NCBI GenBank assembly: GCA_051117555.1
Contig: JBNPEG010000083.1
Location: 1-46,071 of the forward strand
Direction: 5' to 3'
From: Elainellaceae cyanobacterium
GTDB taxonomy: Bacteria > Cyanobacteriota > Cyanobacteriia > CAZCXK01
Length of the DNA stretch: 46,071 bases
The position numbers were made by a program, and so were the translations under genes. Below the pieces are notes generated by a model, which was not told where the DNA came from, did no database searches, and saw nothing but the letters and a program-made list of their open reading frames with translations. Numbering within the stretch: the stretch's first letter is position 1; every line of letters begins with the position of its first letter. Shown here piece by piece: positions 9,977 through 21,620 of this stretch.

Positions 9977-11314
9977 GTGGCATTTAAGATTGGCTTATTA
10001 GGATTAGGAACCGTTGGCAGCGGTACGGCTCAGATTTTGCTTGATCCGGCTCAGCGACATCCGCTCGTTGAGGAGTTGGAAATTTATAAGATTGGCGTGC
10101 GATCGCCCGATAAGCCCCGCTCTATCGATGTCCCGCCCCACTGCCTGACTGCTGATTTAGAATCCATTGTCACAGATCCAACGGTGGATATTGTGGTAGA
10201 AGTCATTGGCGGAATCGAACCCGCGCGATCGCTCGTGCTTTCGGCCATTGCCCATCACAAACACGTCGTCACAGCGAACAAAGCCCTGATTGCCCGTCAT
10301 GGTGCCGAAATTTTCACCGCTGCAGAAGAGGCGGGAGTGTATGTACTTCTAGAAGCCGCAGTCGGTGGCGGTATTCCGGTCGTCGAACCGCTCAAACAAT
10401 CGCTGTGTGCCAATCGCATCCGGGTGATTATGGGAATTGTGAACGGCACGACAAACTATATCCTGACTCGAATGCAGCAGGAAGGCGGAGACTTTAGCAC
10501 CATTCTTAAAGATGCTCAGCAGCTTGGCTATGCTGAAGCCGACCCTACTGCCGATGTGGAGGGGCTAGACGCAGCTGATAAAATCGCAATTTTGGCATCT
10601 CTGGCATTCGGCGGGCGGATTAAGCTCTCAGATGTTTACTGTGAAGGGATTCGGCAGATCACCTCAACCGACATTATCTATGCAGATCGGCTAGGATTTG
10701 TGATCAAACTGTTGGCGATCGCCTGTCGAGACTCTCCGCCAGACGCGGGGGCACACAAAGAACCCGAGCAGCTTCAAGTCCGAGTGCATCCTACCCTGGT
10801 GCCTCGCGATCATCCGCTTGCCAATGTCAACGATGTCTATAACGCTATTTTGATTGAGGGTGATCCGATTGGGCAGGTGATGTTCTTTGGCCCGGGAGCG
10901 GGAGCAGGCCCCACGGCTAGTGCAGTTGTGTCCGATATTTTGAATATTGCAGCGATTCTCAAGGTCGAGCGCGGCACCGTTCGACAGCCCGATAACATCC
11001 CAATGCTTGATCCACTGCTGGCGTGTCATCATCAGCACTATTGCAACATTGCTCCGATGAGCGAATTATCGACTCGCTTTTATGCCAGGCTCCTCGCCCA
11101 AGATAGCCCCGGAGTGATTGGCAAACTCGGAACCTGTTTTGGTCATTATGACGTCAGCCTAGAGTCAATTGTGCAAATTGGCAAACGAGGTGAGGTTGCC
11201 GAAATCGTGGTCGTCACGCACCATGTGCGCGAAGGGAATATGCGAAACGCATTGGCAAGTATCCGAGAATTTGACGTCGTTAGAGAAATTCCGAGCCTGT
11301 TGAGAGTGCTATGA
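9977..11314 (+). CDS. hom: Homoserine dehydrogenase with C-terminal ACT domain
   Basis: GLLGLGTVG, VVTANK, EAAVGGGIP, GIVNGTTNYIL, GYAEADP, GPGAG..PTASAV; ACT-like DSPGVIG. Confidence 0.97.
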   Translation: MAFKIGLLGLGTVGSGTAQILLDPAQRHPLVEELEIYKIGVRSPDKPRSIDVPPHCLTADLESIVTDPTVDIVVEVIGGIEPARSLVLSAIAHHKHVVTANKALIARHGAEIFTAAEEAGVYVLLEAAVGGGIPVVEPLKQSLCANRIRVIMGIVNGTTNYILTRMQQEGGDFSTILKDAQQLGYAEADPTADVEGLDAADKIAILASLAFGGRIKLSDVYCEGIRQITSTDIIYADRLGFVIKLLAIACRDSPPDAGAHKEPEQLQVRVHPTLVPRDHPLANVNDVYNAILIEGDPIGQVMFFGPGAGAGPTASAVVSDILNIAAILKVERGTVRQPDNIPMLDPLLACHHQHYCNIAPMSELSTRFYARLLAQDSPGVIGKLGTCFGHYDVSLESIVQIGKRGEVAEIVVVTHHVREGNMRNALASIREFDVVREIPSLLRVL

Positions 11315-11335
11315 GCTAAGCATTTGAAATGATAA

Positions 11336-11454
11336 GGGGCTGTAAAGAAACAATTTCACGGTTTAATTGAGCCGTAGGGTGCTGTATAGCCTTTCAGGCA
11401 TGGCTACGCTAAAGCGTCAGCGCAACGCACCACCATGAGGTTTTTAACAAGCCC
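11336..11454. mobile_element. Putative MITE with imperfect 14-bp TIRs, TAA flanks and an internal GTAG-REP-like sequence
   Basis: GGGGCTGTAAAGAA ... TTTTTAACAAGCCC (10/14 inverted match) flanked by TAA on both sides; interior GTAGGGTGC...GCAACGCACC. Confidence 0.5.
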
Positions 11455-11487
11455 TAAATGCTCCCAATAGGTACGACATCACCGCTA

Positions 11488-12045
11488 TTAGGAACCCGCA
11501 GGCAGCGCCGTTTGAGGCTGAAAAAGTTGTTCTAAATTGAGTAGAAATGCAGGCGGGTTTCCATTATCCCCCTTAATCAACGCACTGATGCAGCGAATTT
11601 TGCCATCACTCAGATAGGTGGGTGGAATCGGAGCAAACGCAGACTTAGGAACTCGCCGGAGTGTCGGCTGCGAATCAATGGGCAAGCCAATCAGTTCACG
11701 ATTTTGAATATTTTGAACGATCAGCAAATATTTCTCAGACGACGACTGATCTGCATTCGATGCAGATGAAGAGGGAGAATCACCTATTAATAGTCTGGAT
11801 TGAGACGAGTTAACGAAAATCCTTTGCTTCAGATCAATCACTGGAATATCATGTCCGAGATAGTGGGTGAGCCCGGTTCCAACTCCTTGCGATGATCCGT
11901 AAACATCGCCTAGTGGAATGACCTTTTGGGCGGCCACAATGGGCAACGCGAACCATTCTCCTTGCAAGGAAAACAGAATGAGCTGTTGCTTTGCATCTGC
12001 TTTAGCGTGGGCAGCGCGAGCTGCTAATCGTGAAAGAGTTGCCAT
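11488..12045 (-). CDS. cheW: CheW-domain protein (second CheW of the taxis operon)
   Basis: LILFSLQGEWFALPI, IPVIDL, IGLPIDSQP; directly downstream of cheA. Confidence 0.88.
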   Translation of the reverse strand: MATLSRLAARAAHAKADAKQQLILFSLQGEWFALPIVAAQKVIPLGDVYGSSQGVGTGLTHYLGHDIPVIDLKQRIFVNSSQSRLLIGDSPSSSASNADQSSSEKYLLIVQNIQNRELIGLPIDSQPTLRRVPKSAFAPIPPTYLSDGKIRCISALIKGDNGNPPAFLLNLEQLFQPQTALPAGS

Positions 12046-12181
12046 TATGAGTTACACCAATTACCGATTTTGGATTTATAGCCCCGAGGGCATGGCTCTG
12101 CTCCGCTAGCGATTGGATTGGTAGGTGCTCTGCATGATAGTAAGTAGGACGATCCTTGTCGAGGCGACTCGACGCAGGGTC

Positions 12182-15100
12182 TTATCGAATCGATTCAACT
12201 TCACGGGTCGATGTCACCATTTCTTCAAGGGAGCGGAGTAAATTTTGTTCGTTGTAGGGTTTAGAGAAATACGCGGATGCTCCCAGGCTGATTGCGAGTT
12301 GGCGATGCTTTTCTCCACTTCGAGAGGTCAGCATAGCAACCGGGATATGTTGATAGTCTGCATTTGATTTAATTCGGGCTAAGAATCCATAGCCGTCTAG
12401 CCGAGGCATTTCGATGTCGCAAATCACTGCGTGTATATCTAAGCCGCCAAATAGTTTATCGATGGCATCTTGTCCGTCTTTAGCTTGTTCGACTCGGTAT
12501 CCTGCTTTTTCCAGCGTCAATGCTAGGAAACGGCGAACGTTCACCGAGTCATCCACGATTAGGATGGTGGGTTCTTGATTGATGGGAACAGCGGGAGGAA
12601 GCTCTGGTAACGCGGGCTCAAAGGTCGATGGAGGATACGAATCTGGCAGCATCGGCATCAGGGAGTCGGCCTGACGAGCGTCTATACTGCGCGATCGCTC
12701 GTCACTCGCAATCCAATGCAGTAATTCTGGAATATTGACGAGGGGAACCACTCGACCGTCACCCAAAATCGTGCAGCTACTGAAGCCATCGGGTAGAGGA
12801 AGATTACCTTCAACTTTACGAATTGCCACTTCTTGCTCACCCCAGCAGCGCTCAACCTCAACGCCCATTAGCTGATTGCCATGGCTGACAACGAGCAAGG
12901 TAGGCGTGCTGATAGACGGCAATGCTTCCATTTTGTCGAGCGATCGCGGGCAGTTGAATTTGAGAAATTTCTTCAGGCGAACCACTTGCACCATCTGGTC
13001 TTGCCAGCTAAGCACCTCAGTGCCTGCTGTTTCGATGATGTATTCTGGCTGGAGCACAATCATCTCTTCGATGACATCCGTCGGGAATGCCAGCAACATC
13101 GAATCTGTTTCTGCCAGGAGGATGCGAGCTACTGAGAGAGTAAACGGCACCGAGAGCGTAAATGTGGTGCCAACTCCAGTTTGGGTATCGACTTTGATAT
13201 CGCCTCGGATTTGCTTGAGGCGATCGCGCACGACATCCATGCCGACGCCTCGACCCGATAGATCGGTCACATTACTCGTGGTGCTAAATCCGGGTTCAAA
13301 AATTAGCGAGATCAGCTCTTCGTCACTCGCGGCGGCAAGGAGCATTTCATCGAGCCCCATCTGCCGAGCGCGTGACCGAATTTTGTCAAGCGGAATCCCC
13401 CCTCCATCATCTCGAATCGTAATCAGCGTCCGATTATTGCGATGGGTAGCGCGAATTTCAATCAGCCCTTGTTCGGATTTACCGTGACGAAGCCGCGTGT
13501 TTTGATCTTCAATGCCGTGATCGAAGGCATTACGAACCAGATGCATCATCGGATCATTGATGGCTTCTAAAATATTGCGATCGATGAGGGTATTAGCGCC
13601 ATAAATTTTGAGATCAACGGGCTTATTATGCTTTAGAGATAGCTCACGAAGTGCTCGAGGAAATCGATCGACCACATCAGAGAGGGGCCGCATTCGCACT
13701 TGCGTGAGACGAGTCTGAAGCTGTTTTGCGGTTTTATTGAGCCCTCGGAAGGTTTGTTCTGTATCTTCTAAATTAAGGTCAAAATCACTCGTCACCTCTT
13801 GAATTTGAACAATAGTTTCCATCATTTCTTGAGACAGCAGATGGAGATCGTCGTATCGATCAAATTCGAGGGAATCAAACCCATTGCTGTGATGATCATC
13901 GGGGCGATCGCCCGGCGGTGGCGACCTAAAATCTGACGAATAGGGTGGAGACGATGACGTGCTTGATGAGTTCGCATGAGACGCAAACGCTAACTTAGGC
14001 CCAGAAACGTGATCATAGGTAGTCCGCAACCGAATATTTGACTGTTCGAGGGTTTGGACACGATATTTCAAGGTTGTTAACAATTCTCGCATCCGCTTGA
14101 TATGCAAATCCAATCCGTTTCGCTCAATCGTCAGCTCACCGAACAAGTCGTTAAGCTGATTGAGTCGCTGGACGGGCACGCGAACCGTCGTTTCTTGGGT
14201 TTCGCTGTCGTCATGTCGAGGCCCCGAATCAGGTTTAACTTCCACAACTTTGTGGGGATTAGCCTGGAAGTCGGGCGTAGGCGCATGAGCCGCAACTGGA
14301 TACGCATCGGAGTGAACAGAGCTAGAAATCGACGTTTCCGATGTCGAGAGCTCGGCTAAATGCCAGTCCTCATCAGCGGCAGTAACCGCTGGTTCGGACT
14401 CTGAGACATCTGAATAATCGTCAGGTTCAGATTCATCTGACGAGGTAACTTCATCATCTGATGAGAAATAGTGATCCGCTGACGAGATATAGTCATCAAA
14501 TGTTTCGGGGGCGTCAGGTTGAGCAAATTGAATGACATTTTCTAACGGGATGTCATCTATGTCTACGCCATCTTCTACGCCACCTTCTACGCCACTGAGA
14601 CGGGTCGGCAACTCGGCAATGTTACCGGTCAAGACGAGCGCCTGTGATTGCCTCCACGACCGAAGCGCCGACTGAGCCAGATCTTCAATATCGTCGGGCA
14701 TAGTTTGCAACTGGTGTGTAACAGAATCACACAGTTGGCTAAATGCATTCAACTGAAGCATTTCACCCAATCCGCCCAGTTCTTGCGCCAAGATTTCAAG
14801 TTCTTCCCGAAGACAGGGATCTTGATTTTCCAAGACGGATTCAAGGCGTTGCAGACAGCCTTCGACTTCAGTCTGGAAAAATAGCGGAATCACATCTTGA
14901 CCGTCTTCTGGGGACAAGATGGATGCGGCATCTTCTGCTTGGGGTTCTCCCAATCGTTCATGCAGTTGATTAAATACGTCTCGCGTCTGACGGTCTAGCC
15001 AATCAGCATCCGGAGATGTTCCTTGGCGATCGCACTCGATAATCGTTTCTAGACAATCCACGCCAGTCAACAACAGATGCTCCAGCGTGGAGTCCACATT

Positions 15101-15352
15101 AATAGCATTTTTCTGCGTCTTGAGAACCTTGAATGAATCTTCTAATCGATGAGCCAGGCTACTTAAGATTTGATACCCCATCATACCCGCCCCTCCTTTG
15201 ATGGAGTGAGCGGCTCGCAACGCAGCATTAATCGCTTGAATGTCAACTCCTCGACTTGATAATCCGAGCAAGGCTGCTTCTATTGTGCTGAGATACTCCC
15301 GTGCTTCATCTAGAAATTGGAGCCGGATTTCAAGTTCCTTATCATTCGACAT
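12182..15352 (-). CDS. cheA: Hybrid CheA histidine kinase/receiver (PixL/PilL-like)
   Basis: Hpt RAAHSIKGGA, HLVRNAFDHGIE, DDGGGI, GFST..SGRGVGMDVV, CheW domain, C-terminal receiver (IVDDS, CDIEMP, SKP); start MSNDKE at 15352. Confidence 0.96.
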   Translation of the reverse strand: MSNDKELEIRLQFLDEAREYLSTIEAALLGLSSRGVDIQAINAALRAAHSIKGGAGMMGYQILSSLAHRLEDSFKVLKTQKNAINVDSTLEHLLLTGVDCLETIIECDRQGTSPDADWLDRQTRDVFNQLHERLGEPQAEDAASILSPEDGQDVIPLFFQTEVEGCLQRLESVLENQDPCLREELEILAQELGGLGEMLQLNAFSQLCDSVTHQLQTMPDDIEDLAQSALRSWRQSQALVLTGNIAELPTRLSGVEGGVEDGVDIDDIPLENVIQFAQPDAPETFDDYISSADHYFSSDDEVTSSDESEPDDYSDVSESEPAVTAADEDWHLAELSTSETSISSSVHSDAYPVAAHAPTPDFQANPHKVVEVKPDSGPRHDDSETQETTVRVPVQRLNQLNDLFGELTIERNGLDLHIKRMRELLTTLKYRVQTLEQSNIRLRTTYDHVSGPKLAFASHANSSSTSSSPPYSSDFRSPPPGDRPDDHHSNGFDSLEFDRYDDLHLLSQEMMETIVQIQEVTSDFDLNLEDTEQTFRGLNKTAKQLQTRLTQVRMRPLSDVVDRFPRALRELSLKHNKPVDLKIYGANTLIDRNILEAINDPMMHLVRNAFDHGIEDQNTRLRHGKSEQGLIEIRATHRNNRTLITIRDDGGGIPLDKIRSRARQMGLDEMLLAAASDEELISLIFEPGFSTTSNVTDLSGRGVGMDVVRDRLKQIRGDIKVDTQTGVGTTFTLSVPFTLSVARILLAETDSMLLAFPTDVIEEMIVLQPEYIIETAGTEVLSWQDQMVQVVRLKKFLKFNCPRSLDKMEALPSISTPTLLVVSHGNQLMGVEVERCWGEQEVAIRKVEGNLPLPDGFSSCTILGDGRVVPLVNIPELLHWIASDERSRSIDARQADSLMPMLPDSYPPSTFEPALPELPPAVPINQEPTILIVDDSVNVRRFLALTLEKAGYRVEQAKDGQDAIDKLFGGLDIHAVICDIEMPRLDGYGFLARIKSNADYQHIPVAMLTSRSGEKHRQLAISLGASAYFSKPYNEQNLLRSLEEMVTSTREVESIR

Positions 15353-15692
15353 GGGTTTATACCACTCCGTTATTGGGTCGCCGCAAACAGCCTGAGCAAA
15401 GGCTAGTATTAGAGGTTGTCCCAGGCATCCTGCCCCTTGCCCTATATCTGAGGGATTTCGATGCCCATGACAATATCCCTGGAGTCTTCGTGGCTGCATC
15501 CTGCTTTTCTGGTTCTAGAAGGAAGTGAAGATCTGCACCTCCGCCAACTAGACGCACATAAAAATGCCAAAGATGTAGATGGATAGATCGGGCCAGAGTC
15601 ATCGTAGTGTTTGGAAATGTTGGGCATGGGATCGCCATGCCCATTAACTGCAGAAATCAGGATGATGCAACACAACTACTCAATCTCACGCA

Positions 15693-18600
15693 TTAGGTCT
15701 GTGCATCAGGTCCGACTTTGAATGTTTCAACAGATGCCTGCAATTCTTGGGCAACTTTGACTGTATTGTTCAAAGAACCTGACATAATTCGAGATGACGT
15801 AGAGGTCTGCTCGGAAATTTGGGCGATGTCTTTCATCAGTCGAGACACAACCTCAGACGTTTCCACCTGAGACACGGTTGCATCCGAGATAGACTGCACC
15901 AGCTGATCGATTTGTCGAGACACATTAACGATTTGATTCAAGCTTTGTTTGACATCATCGACGAGTCGCGTTCCTTCGACCACTTGTGAGGTGCTTTGTT
16001 CCATCGCAGATACGACTTCGCTTGTCTCTAGCTGAATATTGGCAACGATTTTCTCAATTTCTTGAGTCGCATTTGCAGAGCGTGCTGCGAGTTCGCCCAC
16101 CTCTTCTGCAACGACAGCAAATCCTTGCCCTTCCTCTCCAGCGCGGGCGGCTTCAATTCCGGCATTGATCGCTAGTAGATTGGTCTGGAGAGCAATTTGG
16201 TTAATCAGCGAGACAACCTTTGAAATCTGCTGAGACGATTCACCCAAGCGTTTTACTTTTTTAGCAGTTTCAGCAACCGTTTCTCTGAGGCCGAGAATAT
16301 TTTGCACCGTCAAATCCATGACCGCTCCACCCGTTGTCGCAGTATCCGAGGCTTGGTGAGCCACGAGAGCTGCTTGTCGAGCGCTATTAGCAACTGCCTG
16401 GATAGAGGTTGTCATTTTTTCAACGGAGGCAAGCGTGCGGGTCGTGTCTTCGGCTTGCTTCAGTGCTGATTCGGCAAGATTGCGAATTTCACCTTCGTTT
16501 TCGCCTAACGACACGTTCACCTGTCCAGCGGCTTGTTTAACCTGGACTACAATTTGCCGCAAACTTTCTACGATGGAGTTGAAGAAATCTGCAACAATTC
16601 CAATTTCGTCGGCAGTGACTTCAGCACGAACCGTCAAATCACCTCTAGCAGCATCCTCGACATCTCCAAGCAGATTGATTAACTGTTTCTGGAGGGCTTC
16701 TTTTTGCTGCTGCCGTTCTTCGGAGAGCGCCTCAGCTTCTAGGCGGGCTTTTTCTCGTTGTTTGAACAAATTGGATTGTTCGACAGCAAACCCAATCTGA
16801 ACAGCCATCTGTCGGAAGAAGGTGATCTCCACGTCTTTCCACTGCCGAGGCTCTGAGCACTGATGCCCAACAAACAGACCCATCAAATTGTCAGCGACTA
16901 GAATGGGCGCAACTACACTTGCTTTGACATCAAAGGGTTCGAGCTGGCCTCGATAGCACAGGTCGATTTTTGACTCGTTTATATTTTCGATAGTCTGGAC
17001 ACGCCCTTGCTTGTACTTCTCGACGTAGTTTTCTGCAAAACACGGGTCGTTGATATTGGCGCCGAGAGCGGCTGGGAATTTCTTGTCAACCGATTCCGCG
17101 GCAACAGTACCTTGCCATTTTTCGTCGAACAGATAGATGATGGCTCGATCAAGGGCGATCGCCTCTCGTACACCCTTCAACGCTACATCATAGATTTTCT
17201 CCTGGTCTAGCGTTTGTCGCATGCGAGACGTGATTTCGTTAAGCTGTCGTTCAAACCGAGCTTGCAATTGCTGACGGTTAAACAATTCAGATTGTTCGAG
17301 CGTAAATCCGAGCTGAGTTGAAATTTGGCGGAAAAAGCTTATTTCTGACTCTTGCCACTCACGCGGCGCTGAACACTGATGCGCCACGAGTAAACCCAGT
17401 AGATTTTTGGCAACTACGATGGGAGCTACGATATTGGCCTTCACCTTGAAGGGCTCAAGCTGCCCTCGATAACACGAATCAATCTCTGCGGTTTGAATAT
17501 TATTGATGGTCTGGACACGCCCTTGCCTATACTTCTCGACATAATCTTCTGCAAAACAGGGGTCATAAATGTTAGCGCCAAGGGCTGCCGGAAACTCCCT
17601 GCTCACTGACTCCGCTTTGATAGATCCTTTCCAGTTTTCGTCAAACAGGTATACTACGGCCCGATCAACGGCGATCGCCTCTCGCACACCTTTCAGAACC
17701 ACATCGAAAATCTGCTCCCGATCGAGAGACTGGCGCATCCGGTAGGTGATTTCATTCAGTCGACGTTCAAACTCACCTTGAATGCGCTGCCGCTGGATCA
17801 ACACCGCCTGGTTTAATGCACTCCCCACCTGCGTGGCTAACTGGCGCATCGTATTGATTTCAGATTCTTTCCAAATACGCGGACCACTACAGTGATGAGC
17901 ACACAACAAGCCAATGAGCTCACCCGCAATTACCAGCGGGGCAACAATATTTGCCCTGACCTGCAACCGCTCTAAGATGGCGCAATGACAGTCCGTGAGA
18001 TCGGCTCTAGAGACATTATCAATGCTTGATACTCGACCTGTCCTATAGCGCTCAATAGCCCCAGGAACGAGGGGATCTTCAATACGTTGTCCGATCGCTG
18101 AGGGCCAGCCTTGTTCGACCGATTCGGCGGCAATAACGCCACTTTCATATCCAGGATTAAATCGATACAGCAACACGCGATTCGTCTGGAGAACCTTCCG
18201 GACTCCATCCACAGAGCGCTGCAAAATCTCGTCATAGTCAAGGGTTTGGCGTAAGCTATTGCTGACGTCTGCCAGCATTTGGGCGAGTCTTGCTTCAAAT
18301 TCTTTCTCTTGAGACGAGATGATTCCTGAGAGTGCCAGTCCGGTCTGATCGGCAAGCTGCTTGAGATAATCAATTTCTAATGGCTTCCAAATCCGCGTCC
18401 GAGAACATTGGTGGGCAACAAGAATACCCACTAGGGTATTGCCTGCCACGATGGGCACTACTAGATTAGCTTTAACGCCCAGCCCAGCCAGCAAGGCTTT
18501 GTGTTCGGGAGAATAGGTTGAGGACTGCACGTCACTGGTGGGCACAACCCGACCTCGACGATACTCATCCAACAACTGTCTTGGAATACATGCATCTGAA

Positions 18601-20333
18601 ATGTTTACTTCCAAGGCAAGGGGCAAGCCGGGGTCAGCCGCTTCTGCGACCACACTACCCCCCGATACGCGGTCGAAGCGATAGACCACGACGCGATCGG
18701 CGAGAAGCTGCTTTTTGGCAACTTGAACCACTTGGTCAAATACATACTGAGTATCGCCTCGGTTTGCAGCATTGGCCAAGCCTGTATAAAACTGAGATTG
18801 CTCTAGGGCTGAGGCTTGAGCTGCAAGGGATGCTCTCACCCGATTGACCAAAGAATTGAAGCTACTTGCAAGAGTTTGAACTTCGGTGTTGCCTTTAACA
18901 TCTGCATAGATATCAAGATTTCCTACAGCCGCTTGGTCAGCAATGCTAGCAAGTTGAGTCAGCGGTTTGGATATATGTCGGGCTGATCGCATCATGACCA
19001 ACGCCGATACAGCGCCCACTACCACAAACGCTAAGGCAAACAGCGTTGCTACATTTCGTCCGGCGGCTGCGATTTCGCTTTGATCCGCGGATGCAACCGC
19101 AATCCAATTGGTGCCTGGGATGCTTGCAAAAGTATACTCTCGCCCACCCTCTTTCAACGTGCTCACTAAGGCGGGTTGCCCAGTCTCGGCTTGCGCGTCA
19201 GAGGCAACCGTGGTCACAGGAAACTGGGCATTGCTAGCCGCTGCTTCTAGTCCGTCGGGCTGATTGGTTAGCAGATTGGCGATCGCAGCTGCCCGTTCAC
19301 GAACGACGTCTCCGCCCACGATTTCTTGGTTCTGAGCAACCCCTTCGCCGCTCAACGTTGTGACCGGAATGGCTCGGTTCTCACTATCAAATGCGATGAT
19401 TTGAATTTGTTCAGAGGTTAGCTTGCCTCCATCTTCGATGAACGTCAGGACTTTGTTAAAAAATTCGGTCGGCACCACTGCCTTGACCGCTCCCAAAAAT
19501 TGCCCTGAAGCTGGATCAATAATAGGCTTAGCAATTTCAAAGCCAATGGTGTTAGACGACTCATCAAAGACAGGCTCTAGGATTTGCTGTTCCCCATTTT
19601 GGGCTCGTTGCCACCATTCTTCATCACGCTGGACAAAGTCTGACGTGGAATTGCTATAGGCCAAATTAAAGCCGTTTTTATCTGTAAAAAATAGTTCGGC
19701 AACCCCGCCAATTTCAGCAGACTGTCTGAGATAGTCGTTCAGCCGTTGATTAGGACGCAGCAAACGACTCTGAGCAAACCGCTGCTCAGCTTCTTCAACC
19801 GACAGTTGTTCAAGCCCTTGATAGCGAGAAAATTCGATGGCGCTGCGGCTTTCTTCAATAACTGCCGGATTAGCAGCAACTAATGCCGGAATTTGTTCTG
19901 CTTCGTCGATCAGTCCTTGAGTGGCTTCACCAATTCCTTGGGCTTGTCGTTGTAAGAGTTGGCGACTCTCTTGCGACGATTGGTGGGACGTGATGAGATA
20001 TCCGAGCGCACCTGCGGCCGCGACTGGGACTAGCACCCCCGGCACAACTCGTGTGACAAGCTGACGACGAAGTGACGCCTGGCTTTGCTGCTTCTCCCGG
20101 AGTTCTTTAAACGGATCGGCGATCGCGCCGTTGTCGGATGCTTGCACCGAGGAATTTAGAGGGGTTTGAAGAGAGTTAAGATGTCCATTTTGGGATGCAT
20201 CCAATTTGGTCTCCTGAGTGTAGAGGGAGTGATTCATACTGCTTTGACGGGGTGACTGAGTCGGAGGCAAAGAATTTGACCGATGGTCGTCGCTCTCGTT
20301 TGAGTTGTTGATGGCATCAAGTCGGTTCACCAT
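15693..20333 (-). CDS. pixJ: Cyanobacteriochrome methyl-accepting phototaxis receptor: TM-dCache-TM-HAMP, 4 GAF, MCP signal domain
   Basis: Two hydrophobic segments, dCache-like DEEWWQ, four GAFs (DACIP/PEH; DPLV/CH; DPCF/CY x2), MCP hairpin [30 protein letters not shown]. Confidence 0.93.
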   Translation of the reverse strand: MVNRLDAINNSNESDDHRSNSLPPTQSPRQSSMNHSLYTQETKLDASQNGHLNSLQTPLNSSVQASDNGAIADPFKELREKQQSQASLRRQLVTRVVPGVLVPVAAAGALGYLITSHQSSQESRQLLQRQAQGIGEATQGLIDEAEQIPALVAANPAVIEESRSAIEFSRYQGLEQLSVEEAEQRFAQSRLLRPNQRLNDYLRQSAEIGGVAELFFTDKNGFNLAYSNSTSDFVQRDEEWWQRAQNGEQQILEPVFDESSNTIGFEIAKPIIDPASGQFLGAVKAVVPTEFFNKVLTFIEDGGKLTSEQIQIIAFDSENRAIPVTTLSGEGVAQNQEIVGGDVVRERAAAIANLLTNQPDGLEAAASNAQFPVTTVASDAQAETGQPALVSTLKEGGREYTFASIPGTNWIAVASADQSEIAAAGRNVATLFALAFVVVGAVSALVMMRSARHISKPLTQLASIADQAAVGNLDIYADVKGNTEVQTLASSFNSLVNRVRASLAAQASALEQSQFYTGLANAANRGDTQYVFDQVVQVAKKQLLADRVVVYRFDRVSGGSVVAEAADPGLPLALEVNISDACIPRQLLDEYRRGRVVPTSDVQSSTYSPEHKALLAGLGVKANLVVPIVAGNTLVGILVAHQCSRTRIWKPLEIDYLKQLADQTGLALSGIISSQEKEFEARLAQMLADVSNSLRQTLDYDEILQRSVDGVRKVLQTNRVLLYRFNPGYESGVIAAESVEQGWPSAIGQRIEDPLVPGAIERYRTGRVSSIDNVSRADLTDCHCAILERLQVRANIVAPLVIAGELIGLLCAHHCSGPRIWKESEINTMRQLATQVGSALNQAVLIQRQRIQGEFERRLNEITYRMRQSLDREQIFDVVLKGVREAIAVDRAVVYLFDENWKGSIKAESVSREFPAALGANIYDPCFAEDYVEKYRQGRVQTINNIQTAEIDSCYRGQLEPFKVKANIVAPIVVAKNLLGLLVAHQCSAPREWQESEISFFRQISTQLGFTLEQSELFNRQQLQARFERQLNEITSRMRQTLDQEKIYDVALKGVREAIALDRAIIYLFDEKWQGTVAAESVDKKFPAALGANINDPCFAENYVEKYKQGRVQTIENINESKIDLCYRGQLEPFDVKASVVAPILVADNLMGLFVGHQCSEPRQWKDVEITFFRQMAVQIGFAVEQSNLFKQREKARLEAEALSEERQQQKEALQKQLINLLGDVEDAARGDLTVRAEVTADEIGIVADFFNSIVESLRQIVVQVKQAAGQVNVSLGENEGEIRNLAESALKQAEDTTRTLASVEKMTTSIQAVANSARQAALVAHQASDTATTGGAVMDLTVQNILGLRETVAETAKKVKRLGESSQQISKVVSLINQIALQTNLLAINAGIEAARAGEEGQGFAVVAEEVGELAARSANATQEIEKIVANIQLETSEVVSAMEQSTSQVVEGTRLVDDVKQSLNQIVNVSRQIDQLVQSISDATVSQVETSEVVSRLMKDIAQISEQTSTSSRIMSGSLNNTVKVAQELQASVETFKVGPDAQT

Positions 20334-20390
20334 GGGTTAAATCTCATATCGATAAGGGACGGTCGGGGCATGAGTGATAGCTCAAAACCC

Positions 20391-20888
20391 TTAATACTGC
20401 TGCAGGATAGGCGATTGAACAATAGCTTCCGCATCGAGAACCAGCACAATTTCCTGCGGTTGTAAGACACACCCTCGAAGATATGGGACGAGTGCCGGAG
20501 TCACTTGTCCGAGTGGAGACTGAATCACATCTTTTTGTATCCATCGAATGCCTTCGATGCGCTGTACTGCTAGTCCAAGCGGCACAGAACCGACCTGAAT
20601 CATGACTAGGCTGTACTGCTGTACGGATGGATTGAGGCGAGAAATACCCAGCATTAATGCTAAGTCAACAACCCAGACGACGCGGCTGCGCCGATTCATC
20701 AACCCCAATAAGCATGTCGACATATTAGGAATTGGAGTCAATCGATGAGCCGGTAAAACAATCGCTTCCTGGACGTGATCCATCGAAAAGCAAGCGGGCA
20801 CTTTCTGTCCGAGTTGAAATTTTAGATGAGCATCTCCAGTCGCCTTCTGTGATTGGCTTTTGGTAAATGCGAGTGCAGTATGTTCCAT
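20391..20888 (-). CDS. cheW: CheW (PixI-like)
   Basis: TPIPNM..CLLGLMN.RSRV.WVVDL, LGLAV, LVLDAEAIV; ATG at 20888. Confidence 0.92.
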   Translation of the reverse strand: MEHTALAFTKSQSQKATGDAHLKFQLGQKVPACFSMDHVQEAIVLPAHRLTPIPNMSTCLLGLMNRRSRVVWVVDLALMLGISRLNPSVQQYSLVMIQVGSVPLGLAVQRIEGIRWIQKDVIQSPLGQVTPALVPYLRGCVLQPQEIVLVLDAEAIVQSPILQQY

Positions 20889-20892
20889 AGCG

Positions 20893-21270
20893 TTAGCCTG
20901 CAACTAATTTCACAGCACGAATAAGTTGCTCACGGGTAAATGGCTTGGTGACGTAGGCATCAGCACCTTGCTTCATCCCCCATAGGCGATCGATTTCTTG
21001 ATTTTTAGACGTACAAATTACAATGGGTACTTTTTCGGTTACGGGATGCTTTTTGAGACTGCGGCACAATTCAAACCCGCTCATGCCTGGCATGACTACA
21101 TCGGTCACAATCACATCAGGTCGTTGTTCAATAGCAATATTTAAAGCTTCTTTAGCACTGACTGCACTAATGACGTTATACCCACTCTCACGCAAATAAT
21201 GGCTCATCAGTTCCATCTCAGAGAGGGTATCTTCAACAACTAGGATTGTGCCCATCAATGTTACGCTCAT
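20893..21270 (-). CDS. pixH: CheY-like single-domain response regulator (PixH/PilH-like)
   Basis: ILVVED, TDVVMP, CTSK, DRLWGMKQGADAYVTKPF. Confidence 0.92.
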   Translation of the reverse strand: MSVTLMGTILVVEDTLSEMELMSHYLRESGYNVISAVSAKEALNIAIEQRPDVIVTDVVMPGMSGFELCRSLKKHPVTEKVPIVICTSKNQEIDRLWGMKQGADAYVTKPFTREQLIRAVKLVAG

Positions 21271-21502
21271 CACTGAATAATCCTTAGAATCAACACACAG
21301 AAATGCTTGCAAAAAAGTAGATGCAAAGGGTTCAGATTTGCATCGTTGAAATAAAGAAACGGATTGATAGTGCCTTTACATGATTTACGTCTCAACCTGA
21401 ATAAAAATCCTAAACAGTTATGCTCTAACGCTAAAATCCGTTTCAAGCTGAAACAAAGATCATTTCAAACCTGGAATGGATGATTAGCTGTCTCTAACGT
21501 AA

Positions 21503-21612
21503 CTAGTACAAGATGGCGGACGTTTCATACCCGTAGTGTGAGCGAGTCGCTCACGTCGCGGGCAAGATGCCCGCACTTAAATGTTTGGCTTATTTTTGCC
21601 ACACAGTACTAG
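21503..21612. mobile_element. Putative MITE with CTAGTAC...GTACTAG termini carrying two REP-like hairpins, between pixG and pixH
   Basis: Inverted termini CTAGTACaaGaTGGC versus reverse complement CTAGTACtgtgTGGC; interior GTGAGCGAgTCGCTCAC and GCGGGCAagaTGCCCGC. Confidence 0.6.
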
Positions 21613-21620
21613 GGCGATCG

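Noticed and set aside
15353..15692. Second small MCP or other gene between pixJ and cheA; 49-aa N-terminal extension of CheA
   Set aside because: Short ORFs lack MCP motifs; the Hpt domain begins right after the ATG at 15352
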